Shown here: one piece after another, positions 1-9,668 of the stretch | Layout: each line of letters begins with the position of its first letter | Numbering within the stretch: the first letter of the stretch is position 1 | Virus record (IMG/VR): IMGVR_UViG_3300012259_000001 | Location: 1-64,000 of that record | DNA: 64,000 nucleotides | Direction: 5' to 3' (one strand) | DNA from: an uncultured virus (IMG/VR IMGVR_UViG_3300012259_000001) | Lineage: Duplodnaviria; Heunggongvirae; Uroviricota; Caudoviricetes | Translations under genes and position numbers: made by a program | The notes under the pieces: model-generated | What the model was told of the DNA's origin: nothing | Databases searched by the model: none | Seen by the model: only the letters and a program-made list of their open reading frames with translations

Positions 1-1576
1 TGAAACTGACGTTGATACCCAAAGGTTTCATGTCACGAGTCCAACCTAGGTTACCTTCACCCCGACTGACTTGAAGATTCTGAATCATACCCAAACGGGT
101 TTGTGTACGCCCTTTGTCATAGACCTCGCAGAGAAACGGACTGGTGTAGGATTGCTTACCTGTGGAGATAGGAAGGCTACCTGCCAACAACATACTCAAC
201 GGGATGAACAGGTCCGTAAAACGACTGTAATCATTTCCGTAGGGTGTGCGCAATTTGATCTGGTAGTCCGACTTCGGAAGGTCCGCAGAAGAACTGTCCC
301 ACATCTTGGGGATGTCAGCAATTGCAGAACCTGAGAAGGCGAGCAACCCTTGTAGGTTCACCGCGGTGGCAATGCCTTCAATGAACGCTCCACCCATCTT
401 CAACATGTCGTCGATGAAGCCAATCCCTGTTTGACCGTCCGCCGAGCTGAAGCGTGCCTGACGAGCACCCGAAGACAACCCATTCAACTTACTGGAGATC
501 TCAGGTTCGGTGGCACTGTTGCTGAACGATTCCGATACCGTCCCTGTGTGTTCCACATGGAAGGTAACGAACTGGGTACCGTCTTCATACTCAGCCTCGA
601 AGAACTTCAAGGTCTTTTCTTTGAACGTCATTTTCTTACCAATGACGTCCACGCTACCGTCGTCTTCTTGTTCAGTCCGGTCGTTAAGCGAATGCCACGA
701 CTTGAGGTAATCCTCGTAGGACTGGAAGGCACGTTTAGTGTCGGTGTATCGACCAGCATCCACCATCGATTGAATCTTGGCTTGAACGGCTTCAGCACTC
801 TCCCCAGTCTCCAACGCCTTATTCAACTCACGACGTTGTTCGTTTGCAATGCGTTGTGCGCGAGAGGCCAGTGAGTAGATATCAATCTCGCCACTTTCAT
901 GCCAGACTTCAGGATTCAAACGTTGATAACGACGACCAATCTCAGCGGTGTATTCAGGTTCACCTTTAACAGTGGACTTCTCCGCTTTAGACATGATGCG
1001 TGGCACCAGACCCATGTTCACGGCGATACCGTTGGCAATGGTGTTCACTGCGTTCCAGTAAAGCGGCATGGTGGGTTTGAGGTAGTAATACTTCGAGGTA
1101 TCACGCCCCATCAGAAAATTCAATGCAGCGCCTGCTGCGGTGAACAGTTGAATCGGGAGTGGGAACAGTGTCCCTGTGATCTTACCTAAAGAGAAGGCCA
1201 GATCGTAGCTTCGACCCGTACGCGCCATACGCGCAGCTTGTGGGTTGAAGAAATTGAAGAAGTAGTTCAACAACGAGTTGAACTGAGGAACACCAAAGCG
1301 CATGTGGATGAGCTGGGCGTTGTCCTCAATGGCTTCGCTGTAGTAGCGACCAAGTCCTGCCGAACCGGCAAAGAGACTGGGTACGGGAATATCAGCAAAG
1401 CGTGTGAATTGATAGGGCGGGTTAATCGCAAAACTACCCCCCAAGGTGGTGTCGGTAAATTTGAACCGTGCATCACTCAATGTGCGGCGCAGGGCATCCG
1501 AATTGGAGATCGTGCGCTTGGGGAGCATGAACGACTGTCGAACCCAGTCCACGTCACGCAAAGGAGAAGTCGACAT
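1..1576 (-). CDS. Virion/tail structural protein (phiKZ gp182-like position), truncated by window edge
   Basis: Read manually: ATG at 1576 after GAGGT RBS, begins MSTSPLRDVDWVRQSFMLPKRTIS...FKFTDTTLGGSFAINPP. Absent from the ORF track, consistent with running off the window. Lies directly downstream of the gp181-like gene. Confidence 0.7.
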   Translation of the reverse strand, partial: MSTSPLRDVDWVRQSFMLPKRTISNSDALRRTLSDARFKFTDTTLGGSFAINPPYQFTRFADIPVPSLFAGSAGLGRYYSEAIEDNAQLIHMRFGVPQFNSLLNYFFNFFNPQAARMARTGRSYDLAFSLGKITGTLFPLPIQLFTAAGAALNFLMGRDTSKYYYLKPTMPLYWNAVNTIANGIAVNMGLVPRIMSKAEKSTVKGEPEYTAEIGRRYQRLNPEVWHESGEIDIYSLASRAQRIANEQRRELNKALETGESAEAVQAKIQSMVDAGRYTDTKRAFQSYEDYLKSWHSLNDRTEQEDDGSVDVIGKKMTFKEKTLKFFEAEYEDGTQFVTFHVEHTGTVSESFSNSATEPEISSKLNGLSSGARQARFSSADGQTGIGFIDDMLKMGGAFIEGIATAVNLQGLLAFSGSAIADIPKMWDSSSADLPKSDYQIKLRTPYGNDYSRFTDLFIPLSMLLAGSLPISTGKQSYTSPFLCEVYDKGRTQTRLGMIQNLQVSRGEGNLGWTRDMKPLGINVSF

Positions 1577-1592
1577 ACACTTACCTCAACCT

Positions 1593-1632
1593 AAAAAAGA
1601 AAAAAGAATGGAGGGGAGTCGCCTCCCCTCCA
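1593..1632 (-). terminator. Intrinsic terminator
   Basis: 10-bp stem TGGAGGGGAG/CTCCCCTCCA; T-rich tract follows on the minus strand, right after the stop at 1641. Confidence 0.8.
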
Positions 1633-1640
1633 GACTTCCG

Positions 1641-4600
1641 TTAACCACTGTTGCGACGATGGAACCGAACAGGAGCGAGCGTGGCCTTGGTGGCTTCAGC
1701 ACGCTTGGGTGTTGGCGACGACGTCGAAGGTTTAGCTTCAGGCTGTTGGCCTTGGCCGAACCCGCTCATCGTTTGTGCCAGCTGTTGGATTCCGACGTCA
1801 ATGTTCTTAAGGCTTGCATCCATAGACATTTGCACCTGAAGCTGCTGATTCATCAAAGTTTCAACGGCTGCAGTATTGGCTTGGGTCTTCTTGGACACCT
1901 CAGTCGATTGACGCTGGGTGTTCGCTGCCTGCTGAGCATTTTGACGCTGTTTCTCAACTACCGACTCTGGTGTAACATTAGCCGGAGACGGTGGTGCTAG
2001 CAGGTTAGGAACTTCCATCGTAGCATTCAGTGAGACACCAGGAACGCTGCCCGCAGGCTTCAGTCCGGGTGCTACCACAGGTGCTACCACAGGTGTTGTA
2101 GTTTCGGTTGGAACGGGTGCTTGGCTGGTGTCTTGAGCAGCCCCTACGATATTCAGCGTGAATGGACGACCGCCCATCTTCTGCATGAATGATGCCAACG
2201 CAGGTTTACTTTCAAGTACCGCACTTTGGTTGCTGATACGACCCCGACTCAGACCCAGTAGAATACAACCCTGGACATCTGACTTCAGACCACGGTCTGC
2301 GTTACCTGCGGTGTTGCCTGCATGGATCAGGATCGCTGACCGGTTAGGTACACCTTTGACTTCATAGACCGGACCGAACTTCGGCGAATCGCGCATTTCC
2401 ATTTTGTACGTACCCGGTGGGATACAGGACTTACCCGTTTCATTGTTAAGCCACGGGAGTTCCAGTGTGTGGAAAGTCGAACCATCCGGGAGAGTCAGGA
2501 TGCCATACGTGCCGTCATCTTGCGATGCCTCACGCATCAACATGGCCTGGCCTGCATCCCTAGCCTGTGCCGCATTGACGGTGGGGTTCACCGGTTTCGG
2601 ACCCGCAGTATAACCACCTACAGGACCCGGTACCGCTGTTCCTTGGTCAGGTTTCAAGATACCGATCGGACCCTGTTGATTAGCCGCAGGGGTAGAGGCA
2701 CTTGGAACCGTGGTCACGGATTGAAGGACAGTCGGCGCTTGTTCACCACCCACTGAGGTCGGTGACGTAATCCCCGGCAACATTGGTGTTGAAGCCAACG
2801 TTTCCAGTGGACCCATTCCGGCTGCATCCCTCGCATCTTGACCGGCCGTTTTCCGCCAGTTAGACATCCGAGAATCGACTTCAGCATGCACCTGTGCAAT
2901 CGTACGCGCTTTACCATCCTTGCTAAAGAAAATCCCTTCATTGTACTTAGCTGGCGCCGGCAAGACTTTAGCCGCAATTTCATTCGGGTTGGCGTTGAGG
3001 AATTTCTTCACATCGCCAGGTCCTAAGAAGTGCGACAGATACAGGTCGATGTCGGTAGCCTCGCGACCGAAGGATTGTTTAATACCCCTGGCGTTTTCCT
3101 TCAGATACTCAGCACCCATCAACGCGTTTGCACGCGGATCAAGAATGTCGGCATCTTCAGGGAGACCGTACTTCTTCCCGTACTTCTTAAGCATCTCTTT
3201 CCAGGTATCGGGCATGAACTGGTACAGGCCTTTGGCACTGCCTACGGCCGCCGATACACGACCACGGAAAGTAGACTCTACCCCCGCCATGGTGGCCATC
3301 AACCCTGGGTCAACACCCGCCATTTTAGAGGCTGCCAGAATCAAGTCTTTATACGACGACCATTGTCCTTCTGGACCTGCTACACCCGGCAACGTAGACC
3401 ACACACCACCCTGCGCTTCCATCGCAGCCACACGCATCCCACCACCTGTCCGCCCCACTTCCGTTGACACGGGTGCAGAGCTATACATCGCTCGTTGAAG
3501 TGGCGATGCGTAAGTGGTATTCGGGTTGTTTACCGCACGCGCAGCAGCAAGACTAACGTTACCGCCGGTGGTTTGTGCACTGGTAGGTGCACCTGTGGTA
3601 CCTTTGTTTGCATTACGCTTCTCAGCGAGAATGGCTACACGGGCATCGTCTTCAAGCATTGCCAAGAATGGCGTGATCGAAGCCGGGTCCATGTTAGGTT
3701 CGTGTTTATCGTACGGAATGTCAGCAATCGTCCAAACCGAGATCCGGTCCTCTGGCTTATCGTCAGGGTTACTGACGGCGCGGGCCATGAAGCGAGCAAT
3801 CTCCAGCGATTGTGGCGCCGAGAATCGCTCGTAAGCTTCGAACGGGTTACCATTCTTAGCAAACCCACGTACTGCTGTCAGGAACGACAGGAATACCGGT
3901 AAGAACCGTTTGGTGAACCATTCACACCACATCTTCATGACTTCTTCAGATTCGGTGTTGGTTACAAACAATCCTCCGACTTGTTTAAACAGCGACTTGG
4001 CGTCACCGTCCCACTTAGCCTGACCTTTACCACTATAACCGATGTCCTTGATCAACGCCTCTTCCAACCGCGAGAGCGGAACGGCTTTGGCGTACTCCAT
4101 CACCGACAAACCGTAGAGGCGATAACGAATACTGGTCAGCGGATCGATTTCGCGATTGAGAATTGGCGGGACTTTGTACTCGTCCGTAAAGAACTTTCCT
4201 TTGACCCAATCAAACAACGATTTACCCAACCCTACAATCTTCTCAGCCGCTTTAGCAGCAACGTTTGCCAACATCGCCGTGGGATGATACTTGAGGATGG
4301 ACATCGCCGTGTCTTTAGCCGAATTGAAAGCTTTGGCCAAGAAACCCGGTTCCTCCTTCGCTGCCCCTGTAGCCGCTGCTGCTGCCGCTGCACCGCCGGC
4401 GACTGCTGCTGCAGGTTTAGCTTTTTGACCCACCTCTTTCTCGTACTCGTTTTTGAGTTCGGTGAAGATCGCTTGGATCTGATCGGTACTCATGGCCAGA
4501 CGACCATCTTCCATTGGGTGATCCAAGAACTCGTAAGCGTCGTCGCTGGGTAGCTTAACCACTTCGAGATACTTCAGCTTGTCCTCAACAGACAGCTTCT

Positions 4601-7600
4601 CATCGTTCTCTTCCATCTTACCGGTGGGGGAGAATTTCTTCGTTGCTGCATCATGGGACAGGTACACCGGCGTGAACCGGGTATCACACCAACGAGCGAA
4701 TCGTTGGAAGCCATCTTGGTCATCTTCCTTGATATTGAACATCTCACGGATTTTCTCAACCTCCAACATTTGGAAGTCGATCAACGGCTCTCCTCCTCGC
4801 GACTTGACTGCAGGTTTCACCAAGTCTTCGAACGCAAGAAGTTTATCGATGTTGTCATGGTCATCGATGGCAAAGCCGTATTGCGCCATACGCAATTTCA
4901 GCAAACCACCTCGTTGATTACGCTTGTGGCGTTTATACAACCACCATGCTCCAAAGCCCACAGCAGCCACGGCTGCAGCACCCAAGAGAACTGGTGCACT
5001 CAAAGCACCCATCACCGCCGAACCTACCGCCGCTGCACCACTGGCCAAACCGCCCAACATGGCACCGCCACCCATCAGGGCAAAGCGACCCGCATGCAAA
5101 CCAACTCGACCAACCGTCTTAGCAGCCGTCCAAGCACCGCGTGCAAAACGACCGAGCTTACCACCACGACCTGGTCGACGACGACCGTCAGGCAGATCAG
5201 CACCGCTACTCAATACATCAGCCGCCCCTTTGAGCATTGCTTTCTGAGCGAGGATCTCGCCCAACTTACTGATACCGTTGGAGAGCGTTGCAGGGATGCC
5301 TGCTAACAATCCAACCGCAGTAGTCAACAACCCCATCAGACCGCTTTTCTTTTCCTTCTTCTCTTTCGGTTCTGGCTTGTCCTTTTTCTTCGCATCTCGC
5401 GCTGCTTGACGCTTTGCTTGAATTGCTTCCCAAGAACCGTCACGCGTACCGTCGCCGTTGAGATCGCCTTTGACTCGCTTGGGCTTAAGGTCACGTACCC
5501 CATCCCGAATTTCTTCGAGCAACAGGATTTGGTATTCGCCGATCACTTCCATCATCTCGGACGAACCGCCACCCTTACCGAACTTACTACTGATACCTTT
5601 AAAGCCTCCTTTGAGGAAGCCGCCGATACCCTTAGCCATGTTCAGTGCACCACGACCCAAACGCTTAGCGCCGTCGATAGCACGACCACCCCACTTCTTA
5701 GCAGCATCTACTGCTGTACCCAAGAAGCCACGTGCCAACTCGAGTTTCTCACCCGCCGAATCCATCATGCCTTTGGCCAATAGCTCCAACGACACCACCA
5801 CGTTGCCCTCAAGGTCGTATACCGTTCCTTTAATGTCAGTCCACTTGTTGATCGGACTGCCATCGGCATTGCGGTAACCACCGGCTTGCATCACCGAAGC
5901 AAGGATTACTGGGTCTTCACGACCAGGGATGTAGATGTCGCGCGGTTTGTTAAACGCATCACGAACAGACTTACCAAAGCTCTTAAGTCCTTGATACACA
6001 CCCTTGATCAGATCACCCGGCTTCTTAGCCAAGGATTTAGCACCGAGCCAAGCATTGCCAACACGTTTAAAGAAGCTTTCCTTCCACGGTTTACCATGGT
6101 TGGTCCACAGCCCTTTGGCAAGGTCTTCAGCAGACAGAACGATTTCTCCAGCCTTGTCTTTAACAGGACCTTTGATATCCTCCCACTTCTCGATCAGCTC
6201 GCCGGTCTTGGCATCATAGTACTCCTTAGCATCTAACTTTGCCTTAGTCAGTTTAGCTGCAAACTCACCTCGGACATAAAGCTCCTTGATGTCGTTGAAC
6301 TTACCGGTGGCTTTATTCCAAACAGCCTTCAATCCTTCTTTGGCTTTGTTAGCGGCCCACATCGGTGACTTGATGGTGTTCATCACACCCGTCTTAGCCA
6401 TGCCGAACAGGTTACCCGCCCCTTTAACCAACCGATTGTCTTTAAGTCCTTTAAAGCGGTTTTTCAACCCTTTGAACCCACGACCCATGCGATCCTTCAT
6501 GGACTGGAACATACCTGTCCCGTCTACCGAGAAGACCATCATCTGGCCTGACTGCATGTATTCGTAGATTCCGGCCAACAGCGCAATCTGTTCGGCCTGT
6601 TGTGCATTCTCGGTGTGAGACTTGGTGATTTCAGCCACCAGGCGATCGTTTCCTTCTTTAACAGCTTGGATCAGACGATCAAACTCATCACCACAAACAC
6701 ACTCTTCCACCTTCGCCTTTATTTCGGCCGCAGACTTTGGAGTAGTGCTCCGATTACTGCCAGAGGAATTGAAACCACTGCCAGAGTTCCCTCCACCAGG
6801 GCCAACAGGACCAAACAGATTAGAAGCGATACGAGGATCGCCATCTGCTTGATCAAATTTATCACCAAAGCCTCCTTGGACGAGCATCTCGGTGATACGG
6901 TCGAAGTTAACCTTGCGGTCTTCATTCTCCCCTGTCACTAAGCCCGCCCGACGCATATGTTCCAACGCACCCGCTTGCATCGACAACGCTTTAACGGCAT
7001 CGGCCGGGTTGTTGAGGTAATCGCGGATCTGGTGGAACTTTTTAGATTGCGCATTCTGCTTTAGGATGTCATCCTTAGAATCAAGGAAGAGGTCGGACAA
7101 GGCGATGCGGTCTTCATCAGACAGCCCTTCTTCATCCCACCCGTCAACGTCATAAAACTTCTTGGCATCATAGTGACCTGTTAACCGTGAAGCTTCGGAG
7201 ATCATCCGTCGTTTCAATGCTTTGCGGGCCTCGGGAGACAGTTTGCTATCGTCTCCTCCGGTCAGGTCGTTGATCAAAGCATCGGTACTTTCGTGTGTTT
7301 TCTCGAAGTTGTCTTTAGAGAACAAAGACCCTACGAGGTTCTTGGTGATTGATCCGGTGTCACGGAATGAACCGTCACGCAGATCGTAATCAATCCGAGC
7401 GATGGTTGGATCACCCGTACGGATGATAGCCAACTCATGGTGAATACGAGACAGGAAGCCTGGAATGATGTCTGTCAAAGACTTACGTGCTGCGTGACTG
7501 AATGCCACCGCATCGTTCGCCTTGGTCAGGTCAGTTTCCTTTTTACTGTCAAGTAGCGGATCGTCCAACTCATTAGGAGCTTGTTCTTTCAGCCACCGAA

Positions 7601-8840
7601 CGGCGTTGTTGACCCACTCAAACTTTGTGTTCTCGCCTTTATCGCTACGGACCAACTGTTCGACCAATCCGGGGAAGTTATCCACCCCGTATTCTAAGTA
7701 AGCCCCACCCCGTTTGACTTTATCCATGTCGCCCAAAATAGGCTTGAGGAGTTTGGCAAGCTTACCACCCACCCAATTCCCTGCCACGGAGCCGGCCATT
7801 CGACCGCCTGTCTTGTAGGGGTCAGAACGCTCACCCATTTCTTCCATCTGTTCTTGCATGTCGATCGCCATTTCAGCGCCCGACAATGCACCTAATGCCC
7901 CTTCCTTGAAGTTGCTCAGATGGCCCTTGACATTCTTAACCAGGTTGTCTTTGTACTTACCAAAATACTTCCCAGCAACATCTTTCACCCGAGCCTGTGT
8001 GGCACTCAACAAACGGTCACGGAACTGCTGACCGGCTGCCTCACCCAACGTCGTCTTCTGGTATTCCGGCAACGCCGTGTTTTTAGCGATGACGTCGAGT
8101 TGTGTTTTGGTTTCACGGGTGGCTGCCCGATGCAACTCGAAGGTGTCTTTTAAGGTGTAGTATTGCAGGTACGCCAACTCCAACGACTTGCGCTGGTACT
8201 TGGCAGTGACTTGGTCTTGGTACGTGACTAAGCGAGAGATCCCACTGTGGATCGATGACAATGCATCAATTTCCAGTTTGAACTTCTTACGCTCTTCAAC
8301 CTTCTCCCGAGCCTTTTCGGCTTTATCAATAATGCGGTCTTCTTGGTCCTGTTCGGCCACCGCACCGAAGACACTGGCCACCTCAGACTGAACAGCCGCT
8401 TCACGAGACTGTTGGGCATTAAGCCCACCTGCTTGGTCGTCCTCGGTTAACTTTTCAAGCTTTTTGGCCAGCTTTTCAGGCAGAAGATTCTTCACCCCAG
8501 GCAATGCACGCCGTGCTACACGCTTGGCGTCATTGATTACCGGTTTCAGTTCGGTAATGGTGGTATTGTATAGATCACGTCCAGCTCCCGCTACTTCTCC
8601 CAGCAGATTGTCGGCTTTTGAATAGCCGTCCGGCAGGGACTCCAGAGTGAGGCGCTTAACGGTGGTTGGGTTGGTGAATTCATCAGCCACACCCCCTAGG
8701 AAGGAGGTCGCGACCTTGGTGATAGGTTTTCTATCATCGGCAGGCGGAGGCGTACCAAAATCGCCATCTGCCCCGAAGTCGAAATCGTCGAAATCATCGT
8801 CGAAATCGAGGTCCTTGTCCTTAGCCATGCTGGACTCCAC
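1641..8840 (-). CDS. Giant tail protein with lytic transglycosylase (SLT) and DUF5675-like domains (phiKZ gp181-like)
   Basis: 2399 aa. Lys/Gly-rich amphipathic tape-measure-like middle and a hydrophobic segment. SLT motifs (MAGVES..., AKGLYQFMPDTW, LYLSHFLG). C-terminal TLELPW...SCIPPGTY...ILIHAGN...VQGCILLG. Divergent from RNAP beta-prime. True start may be 8828 (MAKDKD). Confidence 0.9.
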   Translation of the reverse strand: MESSMAKDKDLDFDDDFDDFDFGADGDFGTPPPADDRKPITKVATSFLGGVADEFTNPTTVKRLTLESLPDGYSKADNLLGEVAGAGRDLYNTTITELKPVINDAKRVARRALPGVKNLLPEKLAKKLEKLTEDDQAGGLNAQQSREAAVQSEVASVFGAVAEQDQEDRIIDKAEKAREKVEERKKFKLEIDALSSIHSGISRLVTYQDQVTAKYQRKSLELAYLQYYTLKDTFELHRAATRETKTQLDVIAKNTALPEYQKTTLGEAAGQQFRDRLLSATQARVKDVAGKYFGKYKDNLVKNVKGHLSNFKEGALGALSGAEMAIDMQEQMEEMGERSDPYKTGGRMAGSVAGNWVGGKLAKLLKPILGDMDKVKRGGAYLEYGVDNFPGLVEQLVRSDKGENTKFEWVNNAVRWLKEQAPNELDDPLLDSKKETDLTKANDAVAFSHAARKSLTDIIPGFLSRIHHELAIIRTGDPTIARIDYDLRDGSFRDTGSITKNLVGSLFSKDNFEKTHESTDALINDLTGGDDSKLSPEARKALKRRMISEASRLTGHYDAKKFYDVDGWDEEGLSDEDRIALSDLFLDSKDDILKQNAQSKKFHQIRDYLNNPADAVKALSMQAGALEHMRRAGLVTGENEDRKVNFDRITEMLVQGGFGDKFDQADGDPRIASNLFGPVGPGGGNSGSGFNSSGSNRSTTPKSAAEIKAKVEECVCGDEFDRLIQAVKEGNDRLVAEITKSHTENAQQAEQIALLAGIYEYMQSGQMMVFSVDGTGMFQSMKDRMGRGFKGLKNRFKGLKDNRLVKGAGNLFGMAKTGVMNTIKSPMWAANKAKEGLKAVWNKATGKFNDIKELYVRGEFAAKLTKAKLDAKEYYDAKTGELIEKWEDIKGPVKDKAGEIVLSAEDLAKGLWTNHGKPWKESFFKRVGNAWLGAKSLAKKPGDLIKGVYQGLKSFGKSVRDAFNKPRDIYIPGREDPVILASVMQAGGYRNADGSPINKWTDIKGTVYDLEGNVVVSLELLAKGMMDSAGEKLELARGFLGTAVDAAKKWGGRAIDGAKRLGRGALNMAKGIGGFLKGGFKGISSKFGKGGGSSEMMEVIGEYQILLLEEIRDGVRDLKPKRVKGDLNGDGTRDGSWEAIQAKRQAARDAKKKDKPEPKEKKEKKSGLMGLLTTAVGLLAGIPATLSNGISKLGEILAQKAMLKGAADVLSSGADLPDGRRRPGRGGKLGRFARGAWTAAKTVGRVGLHAGRFALMGGGAMLGGLASGAAAVGSAVMGALSAPVLLGAAAVAAVGFGAWWLYKRHKRNQRGGLLKLRMAQYGFAIDDHDNIDKLLAFEDLVKPAVKSRGGEPLIDFQMLEVEKIREMFNIKEDDQDGFQRFARWCDTRFTPVYLSHDAATKKFSPTGKMEENDEKLSVEDKLKYLEVVKLPSDDAYEFLDHPMEDGRLAMSTDQIQAIFTELKNEYEKEVGQKAKPAAAVAGGAAAAAAATGAAKEEPGFLAKAFNSAKDTAMSILKYHPTAMLANVAAKAAEKIVGLGKSLFDWVKGKFFTDEYKVPPILNREIDPLTSIRYRLYGLSVMEYAKAVPLSRLEEALIKDIGYSGKGQAKWDGDAKSLFKQVGGLFVTNTESEEVMKMWCEWFTKRFLPVFLSFLTAVRGFAKNGNPFEAYERFSAPQSLEIARFMARAVSNPDDKPEDRISVWTIADIPYDKHEPNMDPASITPFLAMLEDDARVAILAEKRNANKGTTGAPTSAQTTGGNVSLAAARAVNNPNTTYASPLQRAMYSSAPVSTEVGRTGGGMRVAAMEAQGGVWSTLPGVAGPEGQWSSYKDLILAASKMAGVDPGLMATMAGVESTFRGRVSAAVGSAKGLYQFMPDTWKEMLKKYGKKYGLPEDADILDPRANALMGAEYLKENARGIKQSFGREATDIDLYLSHFLGPGDVKKFLNANPNEIAAKVLPAPAKYNEGIFFSKDGKARTIAQVHAEVDSRMSNWRKTAGQDARDAAGMGPLETLASTPMLPGITSPTSVGGEQAPTVLQSVTTVPSASTPAANQQGPIGILKPDQGTAVPGPVGGYTAGPKPVNPTVNAAQARDAGQAMLMREASQDDGTYGILTLPDGSTFHTLELPWLNNETGKSCIPPGTYKMEMRDSPKFGPVYEVKGVPNRSAILIHAGNTAGNADRGLKSDVQGCILLGLSRGRISNQSAVLESKPALASFMQKMGGRPFTLNIVGAAQDTSQAPVPTETTTPVVAPVVAPGLKPAGSVPGVSLNATMEVPNLLAPPSPANVTPESVVEKQRQNAQQAANTQRQSTEVSKKTQANTAAVETLMNQQLQVQMSMDASLKNIDVGIQQLAQTMSGFGQGQQPEAKPSTSSPTPKRAEATKATLAPVRFHRRNSG

Positions 8841-8883
8841 TCTCAGGGTTTAAATTGATCATATCATTTTCGGAGCGGTCACC

Positions 8884-8991
8884 GTGAAAAATAGTTCCAT
8901 TCCTTTTAACGTCTCCATCATGGAGCTGACGCCGGAAAAGTTGGCCAAGATTCGCCCAGTGAAATCCCCTGACATCTACGATGGTGATTAG
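8884..8991 (+). pseudogene. Orphaned 5' fragment (35 aa) of virion RNAP beta-prime gene
   Basis: GTG after GGAG RBS; translates (M)KNSSIPFNVSIMELTPEKLAKIRPVKSPDIYDGD*, matching the N-terminus of the ORF at 9669 at 28 of 34 positions. Confidence 0.85.
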
Positions 8992-8993
8992 TT

Positions 8994-9653
8994 ATGGGTC
9001 TCGAAAAATTGCCAGCTTGTTATATGTTGATTAATCATGAGACAGGCGAATACTACGTAGGTTCAACTAAAACTCTGCGTATGCGTATCAGACAACACTA
9101 CAACGAACTAATTCGTGGCGATCACCATTGTTGGAAGCTACAAAGGGCTTACAAGAAAGATCCCCGCTTCGAACTCCATTACATACTGACCCCCACACGG
9201 GAAGATGCTGTAGCGATGGAGCAGAATGTGTTAGACGAAAGCGTCGGCGATCCTAAACTTCTCAACACCTCAATGAGCACAACCTCTTTTCGACTTGGGT
9301 GTGTTGATAGTCCCGAGACCCGCTTAAAGAAAAGTCTGTCTAAAAAAGGTATCCCCCAAACACCCGAGCTTATCGAGAAGAGAGCGAAAGCAAATCGCGG
9401 ACAAAAACGTTCGGAAGAAACCTGTCTTCGTATAGGTGCTGCTAAAAAAGGAAATCTATTTTGGTTGGGTAAAACTCATACCGAAGAAACCAAACGACGA
9501 TTATCCGAAGCAAAACGTCGTCCTATAATGGCAAATGGTAAAGAATTTCCTAGTATCAGTGCCGCAGCTAAACATTTTGGCATCAGCGTAGCTTCAGCTC
9601 AGAAACGGGTTGTTAACCAGAACCCTAACTGGGAGGGTTGGAGTTATGTTTAA
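8994..9653 (+). mobile_element. Free-standing GIY-YIG homing endonuclease with NUMOD3/NUMOD1-type DNA-binding repeats
   Basis: CYMLIN...YYVGST...RIRQH GIY-YIG variant; SEET/HTEETKRRLSEAK repeats; C-terminal EFPSISAAAKHFG HTH-like motif; visibly more AT-rich than flanks. Confidence 0.9.
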
Positions 9654-9668
9654 AAAGGATCAATCTCC

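Noticed and set aside
2069..2095. Short tandem repeat GTGCTACCACAG
   Set aside because: Encodes a PVVAPVVAP low-complexity linker; no independent significance
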